This document shows positions 28,945-36,807 of a stretch of DNA of 36,807 nt, in pieces; positions within the stretch are counted from its first letter, which is position 1; the number at the start of each line of letters is the position of its first letter. The notes beneath the pieces were generated by a model that saw only the letters and a program-made list of their open reading frames with translations, was not told where the DNA came from and ran no database searches. The translations under genes and the position numbers were made by a program. The stretch is from Acidobacteriota bacterium (GTDB lineage Bacteria; Acidobacteriota; Thermoanaerobaculia; Gp7-AA8): assembly GCA_019244185.1 (NCBI GenBank), contig JAFATB010000003.1:1-36807 (forward strand), given 5' to 3'.

Positions 28945-31023
28945 TTACTTAACGACCGTCAGCGCGCGCTCGGTCGCGCGCAGCAGCGCCGCGGCGCCGA
29001 CCGGAGCGCCGGTGGCGTTCTTCATCCAGAGGTCGGGCGCGACGGAGCCGTACTTTGCCATCCGCTCGAACTCCGCACCGAAGTTGCCGGCCTTCTCCAT
29101 CTGCTCCTGAATCTGAAACGCGATCAGGTGGCCGATCGGATAGTTCGGCAGGTAGAGGAAGCTGTCGATCATGTGCGCGTAGATGCCGAGGAGCACGACG
29201 TCTTTGCGGTTGTGAAAGACGGGCGCGTAGTAGCGGTTCCAGACATCTTTCGCGATCTGCACGGTGGCGTTCTTCAGCTCTTCCGGCGATGCCGAAGGAT
29301 GGTCGTACATCCAGTGCCACACGCCCATGTCGACGAGGGCGATGCCGGAGATCTCGTACGTGTTCCAGAACTCGTTGAGCGTGGCCATGGCCTGCGATTC
29401 CGGCGTCGGCTTCGCGAGTCCGAGGAGCTCGAGGTCGCGGTTCTGGAACGTGAACGCGAGCGCCTCCGTGAAGGCGGTGTTCGGCACGCCGTAGAGCGAG
29501 TAGTAGTCGATGTTCTTGAGCGAGAACACCTGCTCGACGTTGTGCCCCATCTCGTGGATGGCGATGTTGTAGCCCTTGTAGTCCATCCCTTCCTTGCCGA
29601 CGCGCGTGCGCAGATGCGGGTTGTCGGCGCGGCGGGCGGAGCCCATGGCGTGGCCGGAGCCGCGCGCGGGATCGACCTCGATGTTGGCGGCGAGGTAGTC
29701 CGCGCGCTCTTTCGTGAAGCCGAGATTCACGAAGAGGTTGGCCATGTCGGCCTTGTACGCCTCGGGCGTCGGGTACTTCTTGCGCGTGATGGCGTCGAGG
29801 TCGGCCTCGCTGTACGCGCTGTTCGCGCGGAAGCCGTTGTACCAGATGTCGAACGGCTCGAGCGGACGGCCGAGGCGCTTCTCGATCAGCTGCGCGACGC
29901 GCGGCACGAGCGGCGAGGAGACCATCTCCTCGAGCATCGAGCGCACGCGGGACTCGAGCATCTGCCGCCCTTCCTCGAAGCTGCGCTGGATGTACGTCGG
30001 CGCGGTGGGGGAGTAGGGATCGACGCGCTTGACGGCGCGGAACTCGCCGAGGAGCTTCGCGTAGCGCGTGTCCGGCTCGCGCGCGTTGGTGAGGCTCGCC
30101 GGCGCGGGCCGCCCTTCATTCGGCTCGGAGTCTTTCACCGCCGCCGGCGCGACCGTGTTCGTGTACGGGTTCCAGTCGACGTTCGGGTTGTCGATGACGG
30201 CCTGCGGAATCGACTCGTCGACGATGCGCTCCATCACCCGCTGGATCATGCGCTGCTTCGGCAGGCCGACCTTCGGATCGAGGCTGTAGTTGCCTTTGAT
30301 CTCGTCGCGCAGGTTCCAGTGCTCGAGCAGGCGCATCTTCGCGGGGAAGATGCGGTTGCCCTTGTCGTCGACGAGGTGGTGCATCCAGATGTTGTATGTG
30401 GCGACGTACTGCGCGGCCTCGGCGCCGGCCTGCGAGATCGCGGCGTTGACGTCGGCGGGCACGCGCTTCGTGAAGCCGAGGGCGAGCGCGGCTTCCGCCC
30501 ACTGGCGGCGCGTCCAGGTCTCGCCTTCCGTGAGGCGCTGCTGCAGCGTCGTCACCGGGAAGTTCAGCAGGACCACGAAGGCGAGCTTGTTCTGGAAGAG
30601 GTCGTCGCTGAAGTGCGCGGTCGGATCGTAGCCGGCCAGGATCTCGTCGAACGGATAGATCGGGCCGATGTCGAGATCGCTCTGCCGGCGCAGGTCGCGC
30701 GTGATCTCGGTCATGTGGCCGCCGTACGATTCGAAGAGGAACTCGAGGCGGTCGAACAGCGCGTCGAGCGTCGCCTGATCGCCGGCGAAGTGCGTGCGCA
30801 CGAGGTCTTCGAACGCCGCGGCGTCGCCGTCTTCGGCGCGCCAGAACTGCGCGACCTGGTTCATGCCGCGCACGAGCCGCGGGCGCTGCGCTTCGCCGTA
30901 TTTGGCGACGAGCTCGGTCTCGAGCTTTCTCATCGAGTCGGTGAGCGGAGAGGGTTGTTGTTGGGCGAGCGCGGGCATCGCGAGTGCGGTGATCAGCGCC
31001 GCCGCCGCAAACAATCGGGCCAA
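28945..31023 (-). CDS. Secreted gluzincin-type (M2/M3-like) zinc metallopeptidase homologue
   Basis: Probable TTG start with AAGGAG RBS and upstream TAGAAT; signal peptide; IHEMGHNVEQ, AFTEALAF and YLPNYPIG motifs. Confidence 0.8.
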   Translation of the reverse strand: MARLFAAAALITALAMPALAQQQPSPLTDSMRKLETELVAKYGEAQRPRLVRGMNQVAQFWRAEDGDAAAFEDLVRTHFAGDQATLDALFDRLEFLFESYGGHMTEITRDLRRQSDLDIGPIYPFDEILAGYDPTAHFSDDLFQNKLAFVVLLNFPVTTLQQRLTEGETWTRRQWAEAALALGFTKRVPADVNAAISQAGAEAAQYVATYNIWMHHLVDDKGNRIFPAKMRLLEHWNLRDEIKGNYSLDPKVGLPKQRMIQRVMERIVDESIPQAVIDNPNVDWNPYTNTVAPAAVKDSEPNEGRPAPASLTNAREPDTRYAKLLGEFRAVKRVDPYSPTAPTYIQRSFEEGRQMLESRVRSMLEEMVSSPLVPRVAQLIEKRLGRPLEPFDIWYNGFRANSAYSEADLDAITRKKYPTPEAYKADMANLFVNLGFTKERADYLAANIEVDPARGSGHAMGSARRADNPHLRTRVGKEGMDYKGYNIAIHEMGHNVEQVFSLKNIDYYSLYGVPNTAFTEALAFTFQNRDLELLGLAKPTPESQAMATLNEFWNTYEISGIALVDMGVWHWMYDHPSASPEELKNATVQIAKDVWNRYYAPVFHNRKDVVLLGIYAHMIDSFLYLPNYPIGHLIAFQIQEQMEKAGNFGAEFERMAKYGSVAPDLWMKNATGAPVGAAALLRATERALTVVK

Positions 31024-31257
31024 GGCGGATCTCCTTTCGCCGCGCATTCTATGCGCGAGGGCCTGCCTCACGCGAGTTGGAGTGCTGTTCGCCACGCGCC
31101 TGACGATCGCTAGTAAGCCGCCGGTTGCACGTTGTTGCATCTCCAGCGCGCGCAATGAAATACCGCCGAAAAGTTCACAACAATAGGGGTATGGAATTAA
31201 TGCTGTCAGTCACTCCTAAACAGCGCGCGCAAGAAACAGGAAAGGACGACGAAAAAC

Positions 31258-32337
31258 GTGGTCAATCAAGGTGCTTCAACCACGGCGCAAGCCGCTACAC
31301 AAAACATCGCGTGGTCACTGCCCGCTGGAATTCCAGCGGAAATTCAACCGATTGTGACCAATCTCTCGTTTACAGGAGACAACTCCATTCTCCCGACCGT
31401 GCTGTCCGACCTTACGACGTTCGCCGAGACGATGGCCTCCTTCGCTCTGATGGCGGCCGGCCCGGTAGGAATGCTGGGCGCAGGCGTGCTCGCCGGTGTT
31501 CTGCAGATCCACAACAGCTCGCAGGCGCAGGCGGCGCAACAGGCGCTGCTCACGAACATCCAGAGCGACGTGACCCAGGCGATTCAAAACGAAGTCATTC
31601 GAGGCGCCGCGGCGACGATCGACAGCTACCGCACCGCGTTCAACACCAACCTGGCCGCTTTGCTGCAGCCATACCTCTCCGGAAAGCAGCCGATTCCGCC
31701 GGATCCCTCCAACACCACGAACCCGGAGTTCAACGATCAGTGGAAGAATTTCGAGCAGAGCCTGACGGGGGAGGGCAATGGACTGCAGCAGGCGCTGGCG
31801 ACGCTGCAGCAGGCCGACTCCGTCACCACCGGCGTCAACTTTCAGGTCCAGGCATTTGCGACGTTCCTGGCCGGAGCCGCTCTTCAGGCGTACCTCTACG
31901 GCATTTACGTGGCGATGGTCAACGGTGCGAAAAACCGGCCTGCGAATCAGGGCGTAATCGATGAATATGCGGATTCGATCCTCGCGAACCTGACCGCTGC
32001 CGTGGCCACGGTGGACTACATCAATTCGCAGCTCAATCAGCGGATGGCCCTCATCTCGGACCTCACCAGTACCAACGGCGGCTGGTCATTTACGGACACC
32101 GGGGCTCCGGCGCCGCCCGCAGGATGGAACGCGTATAGCGCAGCCGGGCAATATTTCATCCCCGGAGGCGTGACCGGAGGCGCACAACGCGCGGCGGGCG
32201 ATCTCAATACGTACAAGGCGTGGGTGTCCGCCCTGTTCATGCAGGACTACAGCATCAACGGACAGATGATCTCGGCGTTGTGCAATCTGCAGAAAACGTA
32301 CGCTTCACTGACTGCGCACTCAGAAGGGAAGGAGTAA
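31258..32337 (+). CDS. Hypothetical alpha-helical protein, possible pore-forming toxin (Cry domain I-like)
   Basis: AAAGGA RBS; hydrophobic hairpin ASFALMAAGPVGMLGAGVLAGVL followed by amphipathic helices. The CDS is well supported; the function is speculative. Confidence 0.6.
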   Translation: MVNQGASTTAQAATQNIAWSLPAGIPAEIQPIVTNLSFTGDNSILPTVLSDLTTFAETMASFALMAAGPVGMLGAGVLAGVLQIHNSSQAQAAQQALLTNIQSDVTQAIQNEVIRGAAATIDSYRTAFNTNLAALLQPYLSGKQPIPPDPSNTTNPEFNDQWKNFEQSLTGEGNGLQQALATLQQADSVTTGVNFQVQAFATFLAGAALQAYLYGIYVAMVNGAKNRPANQGVIDEYADSILANLTAAVATVDYINSQLNQRMALISDLTSTNGGWSFTDTGAPAPPAGWNAYSAAGQYFIPGGVTGGAQRAAGDLNTYKAWVSALFMQDYSINGQMISALCNLQKTYASLTAHSEGKE

Positions 32338-32339
32338 CC

Positions 32340-32951
32340 GTGAATCATACGATCGGCATCATCGCGCACGCAGTCAGCGAGAAACCCATTCTGAATGGTC
32401 TGTTCAGGTCGGCGGCACAGCAATGGCCGGATGCAACTGTAGACTGGCATCAGGTATCCACGGTTCAAGGCGAGCCGTTCACGTCCCAGGCCCGGCAGTC
32501 GGTCATCCAGCAAACGGCCGACATCGTGACGAACGGTCATTACGGCCTGATTGCGCTGGAAGCGAATCTAGGAAACGCTGCCGGCCCGATAACCTTCGAT
32601 ACCGCGTTTTTCAATCGATTCCCGTCCGATCGCTTCGTGTTGTTCTACGGCGAGGGCGTCGACGCGCAGAGTTTCAATGCGGCGAAGCCGGACAATGTGC
32701 TGGCTCTGCTGCGGAAGCCGTTGCAGGTGCGGGATCTGACGCAGTTGGTGAATGCGCGCTTCGAGGAGGGACCTGGTTCGCCGGCCGACACGCAGGATGA
32801 AACCTCACTGGATCGGGCATTCTACGCCTCGAGCGAGGAGGAGAGCCGCGATTTCGAAGGTCTGGCCACGTTTCCAAACAACACGAAAACCAATACCGGT
32901 CAACCGATAACGAATCCGGGCGACAACGATCCCGAGATCGAAGGCGAATAG
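32340..32951 (+). CDS. Hypothetical protein, atypical receiver (REC)-like domain with acidic tail
   Basis: GTG start with AAGGAG RBS, 2 nt after the upstream stop; YGLIALE, FVLFYG and LLRKPLQVRDLTQLV echo REC beta3, beta4 and beta5-alpha5. Confidence 0.6.
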   Translation: MNHTIGIIAHAVSEKPILNGLFRSAAQQWPDATVDWHQVSTVQGEPFTSQARQSVIQQTADIVTNGHYGLIALEANLGNAAGPITFDTAFFNRFPSDRFVLFYGEGVDAQSFNAAKPDNVLALLRKPLQVRDLTQLVNARFEEGPGSPADTQDETSLDRAFYASSEEESRDFEGLATFPNNTKTNTGQPITNPGDNDPEIEGE

Positions 32952-33016
32952 CGTCGTCTCGTCACAAAACATGTCGTATTGAACCGAAGGCCGATCGGCC
33001 TTCTCAGGAGAATTCT

Positions 33017-33649
33017 ATGGATACCAACCTGCTCATCGTTGACGCCGGAAATTCGCCCTATTTGTGGGTCGCAGCGCAGAAGAAGAGCTTCGGCCTGAGC
33101 AGCAAGCTCGGCGGCTGGTCGTTGTCGGCGTTGATGTTCGATGCCTCCGGGGCGCTGTGGTGCGTGGGGAGCGAGCACAATGTCGCTCAATGGAGCGTAC
33201 AACAGAATACGTGGGTCGGCGTACTGCAGACGCCATGGCATATCCGCGCACTCACGTTCAACAGCAAGGGCGACCTGTGGTGCGTCGGAACGGAGTTCAA
33301 TGCGGCGCACTGGAACGCTCAGACGAACGACTGGGAACCGACGCCGTACGGGGCGGAGCAGCTCCTGATGTTCACCTTTGATTCGCATGATCAGCCTTGG
33401 GCGGTCGGAACGGACAACAATCTGTATTCGTGGACCGGAACGGCGTGGACCAAGGCGAACAATCGGGGTGGTCTGCAGATGGTCTCTTTCGCCGCCGACG
33501 ACACCATGTGGGGTGTTTCCACGGGCGGGTCCATCGTCCAGTGGGATGGCGGGCAATGGCGGCCGGAGCCGCAGCTCACCGCGTTTCAGAACGTGAATTG
33601 GGTGACGCCGGTGAGATCGACAACGCTTTTCGGGTTCGCGCTTCCGTGA
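33017..33649 (+). CDS. Tectonin-like beta-propeller repeat protein (putative lectin)
   Basis: AGGAG RBS; four roughly 38-aa repeats: FDASGALWCVG..AQW, FNSKGDLWCVG..AHW, FDSHDQPWAVG..YSW and FAADDTMWGVS..VQW. Confidence 0.75.
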   Translation: MDTNLLIVDAGNSPYLWVAAQKKSFGLSSKLGGWSLSALMFDASGALWCVGSEHNVAQWSVQQNTWVGVLQTPWHIRALTFNSKGDLWCVGTEFNAAHWNAQTNDWEPTPYGAEQLLMFTFDSHDQPWAVGTDNNLYSWTGTAWTKANNRGGLQMVSFAADDTMWGVSTGGSIVQWDGGQWRPEPQLTAFQNVNWVTPVRSTTLFGFALP

Positions 33650-33657
33650 ACGGGCCG

Positions 33658-33689
33658 GACGAGGTGGCGGATCGATCCGCCACCTCGTC
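33658..33689. repeat. Perfect 32-bp palindrome between convergent genes (possible bidirectional terminator)
   Basis: GACGAGGTGGCGGATC/GATCCGCCACCTCGTC; outer arms GTGAACG (33646-33652) and CGTTCAC (33694-33700). Confidence 0.85.
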
Positions 33690-33696
33690 GCGTCGT

Positions 33697-35892
33697 TCAC
33701 GCCTTCCTTTTCGTTTGGTGCGTCGGCGTCGCGGTCCACGGATCTTCCGGCCATGGATGCCTCGGATAACGCCCGCGGAGCTCCTTGCGCACGTCCTGAT
33801 AGCCGCCGTTCCAGAAGCTGCGCAGGTCTTTCGTGATCTGCACCGGACGCCCGTTCGGCGCGAGCAGCGAGAACGTGACCGGCGTCTGCCGCGGGCCGAT
33901 GCGCGGCGTGTCGGCGAGGCCGAAGAGCTCCTGCAGTTTCGCCGACGCGACGACGGAGCCGTCGTCGCGATATTCGAGCGCGGCGGTGCGGCCGCTCGGC
34001 AACGCGAGGCGTTCCGGCGCGAGACGATCGAGGCGGCGCTGCAGGTCGTACGGCAAGTGCGCGGCGCCGGTCTGCTCGATGAGCGTGTCCCAGTCGATGT
34101 CGAGCTCCGCGAACGCGACGCGCCGCTGCAGCACGGGGTCGAGCCGTTCGCGCAGTCGCGCGTTGGTCAACCTGCGTACTTCTTCGGGATCGGGTGCGAC
34201 GTTGACCTCGCGCAGCAGGATCTGGTCGTACCAGACGCGTTCGATTGCGCGCACGCGATCGTTGCTCATGGTGTGCACGACGTCGCGATGCGTCGGCGTG
34301 AGCCACTCGCGCTCGACGATGCTGGCGATGCGTACGAGAGCTTCCGCGCCGCCGGACACGTCGAGCACGACGAGGAACTCGCCGTCGTGCAGGTTCGCCT
34401 CGCGCGCGAGCACGGCTCCGGTGCCGCTGGAGAGCAGCAGGCGCGGCGAGCCCGGCTCGCGGCGCATGGCCACGCGATCGGGATACGCGGCGAGGAGCGC
34501 GCGGCGGACGGTCGTCTCGTCTGCGTTGCGCGGCAGGTCCGCATGACGCACGAGCCGCGCGAGCTCGCGCGCGGCGAAGTCGAGACGCGGCGAGTCGGCG
34601 AGTGCGAGCGCATCGCCCGCGCCGAGGCCGCGCACGTCTTCGGAGAGCAGCGCGCAGACGCGCACGGCGGCGTCGCCCGCTTCGACGAGCACGCGCGCGA
34701 GCCGCGGATGCAGCGGCAGGCGGCGCATGCGGTTGCCGAGCGGCGTGAGCGTGCGGCCGTCTGTCGCGCCGAGGCGTTGCAGCAATGTGAGCGCGGCCTC
34801 GATGCGATGCTCGGGCGGATGCTCGTACCACGCGAACGTGCGCGGATCGCCGCCCCATGCGAGGAGATCGAGCACGGTCGACGCGAGATCGACGCGGCGT
34901 ACTTCCGCTTCGCGCTCGCGCCGCAGCAGCATGCGCTCGTCCCACAAGCGCGTCGCGCGTCCCGGTGCGGTGCGGCCCGCGCGGCCGGCGCGCTGATCGG
35001 CGGAGTCCTGCGAGATCTGTTCGACGATCAGATGATCGACCGCGGTCTCGGCGTCGAAGCGCAGCACTTTCTGGAGACCGGAGTCGATGACGTCGGTGAC
35101 GCCGTCGACGGTGAGCGACGTCTCGGCGACGTTGGTGGCGAGGATGATCTTCGGCTCACGACTCGGCGCGAGCGCGCGCTCCTGCGCGTCGACGTCGAGC
35201 GAGCCATGAAGCGGAAAGACATTCGGCAGCGCGAGCTCGTTGCGCACGCGCTCGATCTCGCGCGCGCCGGGGAGGAACGCGAGGATGTGGCCGCGCGCGT
35301 CGCGGGCGACGTTGCGGATCGCGTCCGCCATCGACGTGTTCGGCGCATAACGAACGTCGATCGGGTGCGAGCGGGCGTCGATCGTCACGATGCGCGCGCC
35401 GAGGAAAGCGGCGACAGGTTCCGCGTCCATCGTGGCCGACATCACCACGACCGCGAGATCGTCGCGCGCGTCGGCCGCCTGCTTCACCAGCGCGAGCGCG
35501 AGATCGGCGTGGATGCTGCGCTCGTGAAACTCGTCGAGGACGACGACGTCGAAGTCGCCGAGGAGCGGATCGTGCTGTAGGCGCGCGGTGAGGATGCCTT
35601 CCGTGGCGACGAGGAGGCGCGTGCGGTCGGAAAAGCGGCGCTCGAAGCGGATCTGCCAGCCGATCTCCTCGCCGATCGTCCAGCCGCGCTCGGACGCGAT
35701 GCGCCGCGCGAGCGCGCGTGCGGCGAGGCGGCGCGGCTGCAGGAGGATCGTCCGGGCGCGTTCAGCAAGAGCGGGCGGAATGCGCGTGGTCTTCCCCGCG
35801 CCGGGCGGCGCGACGATGACGGCGCGGCGTTCCGCGCGGACGAGGGAGACGATCGCGTCGAGCTGCGCGTCGACCGGGAGCGGCGTTTGCAC
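33697..35892 (-). CDS. hrpB: ATP-dependent RNA helicase HrpB
   Basis: APPGAGKTT, DEFHERS, MSAT, ATNVAETSLT, QRAGRAGR and C-terminal LLAPNGRPVQITKDLRSFW...RYPRHPWPEDP. Start is GTG 35892 or ATG 35904. Confidence 0.95.
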   Translation of the reverse strand: MQTPLPVDAQLDAIVSLVRAERRAVIVAPPGAGKTTRIPPALAERARTILLQPRRLAARALARRIASERGWTIGEEIGWQIRFERRFSDRTRLLVATEGILTARLQHDPLLGDFDVVVLDEFHERSIHADLALALVKQAADARDDLAVVVMSATMDAEPVAAFLGARIVTIDARSHPIDVRYAPNTSMADAIRNVARDARGHILAFLPGAREIERVRNELALPNVFPLHGSLDVDAQERALAPSREPKIILATNVAETSLTVDGVTDVIDSGLQKVLRFDAETAVDHLIVEQISQDSADQRAGRAGRTAPGRATRLWDERMLLRREREAEVRRVDLASTVLDLLAWGGDPRTFAWYEHPPEHRIEAALTLLQRLGATDGRTLTPLGNRMRRLPLHPRLARVLVEAGDAAVRVCALLSEDVRGLGAGDALALADSPRLDFAARELARLVRHADLPRNADETTVRRALLAAYPDRVAMRREPGSPRLLLSSGTGAVLAREANLHDGEFLVVLDVSGGAEALVRIASIVEREWLTPTHRDVVHTMSNDRVRAIERVWYDQILLREVNVAPDPEEVRRLTNARLRERLDPVLQRRVAFAELDIDWDTLIEQTGAAHLPYDLQRRLDRLAPERLALPSGRTAALEYRDDGSVVASAKLQELFGLADTPRIGPRQTPVTFSLLAPNGRPVQITKDLRSFWNGGYQDVRKELRGRYPRHPWPEDPWTATPTHQTKRKA

Positions 35893-35905
35893 CTTCGCCC
35901 GCATT

Positions 35906-36151
35906 ATGGCGACTCGCAACAACGACGACGACATCGACTACACCGCGGAAGGCGCCGAGCCGCCGCACGAGAAACACGACTCGACCGACGAGGGCTACGA
36001 CGAGGCCGCGCACAGCGGCACGGGACGCTACGGCGTGCCCGAAGGCCAGGGCGGCGTCTTCGGCACGACCGGCGGCGGCACGTACAGCGGCGGCATGCAC
36101 GAGGTCGAGCGGCCGGTCATCGAGAGCGAAAAGGGTCCGGACGAGCACTGA
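35906..36151 (+). CDS. Small acidic, Gly-rich hypothetical protein (81 aa)
   Basis: MATRNNDDDIDY...; host-like codons with G/C at third positions; fills the gap between hrpB and the next gene. Confidence 0.6.
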   Translation: MATRNNDDDIDYTAEGAEPPHEKHDSTDEGYDEAAHSGTGRYGVPEGQGGVFGTTGGGTYSGGMHEVERPVIESEKGPDEH

Positions 36152-36172
36152 TCGCGCCGCAGCGCGCGTGTG

Positions 36173-36805
36173 TTACGCGATCGAGTCGAGAATCGCCTCG
36201 ATCGTCGTCCGCCGGCACGTGTACATCGGCGTGTCGCGCACGGTGTACTTTGACGACTCCGTCTCGCGTAGCTCCTGCACGAGATCGAGGAACTCGTCGG
36301 CGGTGTCGGACTCGAACGCGACGACGAAGTCCTGATCGTCGAGGCCGAACGAGTACGTCGTGTTGATCTTCACGCGCGGGTAGTTGTGGCCGATGGCGAT
36401 GTGCTCGTTCATGATCCGCTGCCGCTCGGCCATCGGCAGCAGGTACCAGTCGCGCGTCTTCACGAACGGATAGACGAACAGAAACGGCCGCTTCCCCGGC
36501 ACGATCCGAAGTCGCCGCCCCTCCTGTCCCTCATGGACATGTTCGTCGACATACTGCGAGTGCTTCGTCATCGAGAAGTAGGAGTGGGGGATGTCGAGAT
36601 GCCGCCCCAGTTGTGAGCGGTTGATGTCGCTGACCATTTCCTGAAAGGGCTCGATTTCGTATCCGATGCGCCAGAGCATGAAGTCGAGGCCGGCCTTCAG
36701 CCCCACTGTCGAATAGGGCAGGATCATCATCGGTCCGGTGTAGCGCTTCACGATATCGGCGAGCTCGCGCTTGGCCTCCGTACGCACTTCGACGGTCTGT
36801 GCACG
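36173..36805 (-). CDS. Chlorite dismutase / coproheme decarboxylase (ChdC/HemQ) family protein (5' end outside the window)
   Basis: FVYPFVKTRDWYLLP, RIMNEHIAIG and TTYSFGLDDQDFVVAFE motifs; the frame stays open to the window edge. Confidence 0.9.
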   Translation of the reverse strand, partial: RAQTVEVRTEAKRELADIVKRYTGPMMILPYSTVGLKAGLDFMLWRIGYEIEPFQEMVSDINRSQLGRHLDIPHSYFSMTKHSQYVDEHVHEGQEGRRLRIVPGKRPFLFVYPFVKTRDWYLLPMAERQRIMNEHIAIGHNYPRVKINTTYSFGLDDQDFVVAFESDTADEFLDLVQELRETESSKYTVRDTPMYTCRRTTIEAILDSIA

Positions 36806-36807
36806 GA

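Larger units (their letters stand above)
31110..33650. other. Lower-GC three-gene islet, probably horizontally acquired
   Basis: Spot counts of 60-nt lines give 57-60% GC (lines 31681, 32401, 33181) versus 75% at line 34501. The CGCG/TCGA-rich host signature fades and the leader is AT-rich. No integrase or tRNA. Boundaries are approximate. Confidence 0.7.

Noticed and set aside
31122-31140. GGTTGCACGTTGTTGCA as a sigma54 promoter for the islet
   Set aside because: Lacks the invariant GG-N10-GC spacing.

Overview
High-GC (about 70% by spot counts) bacterial chromosomal window. The gene set and style suggest an Acidobacteriota-like organism, but this is weak inference. It holds about 30 protein genes: reductive pyrimidine catabolism (dihydropyrimidinase plus beta-ureidopropionase), GT2, a chorismatase, threonine aldolase, a zinc-ribbon protein, a GT-C-like membrane protein, a frameshifted DUF2911 gene, a Hen1-Pnkp RNA repair operon, VOC genes, several secreted peptidases, PIG-L/SSS, HI0933, YceI, HrpB and a chlorite-dismutase-family gene. 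I saw no rRNA, tRNA, CRISPR array, transposase or integrase. The best candidates for undescribed biology are: (1) a probable leaderless 30-codon uORF with mutually exclusive antiterminator and terminator hairpins directly upstream of hen1-pnkp, which would be a translation-sensing attenuator on RNA repair; (2) a lower-GC three-gene islet encoding a Cry-domain-I-like helical protein, an atypical receiver-like protein and a tectonin-like beta-propeller; (3) a matched pair of CGATGA-N18-GTC ECF-type promoters in front of two VOC genes. All family calls come from motif recognition by eye; no database searches were run.
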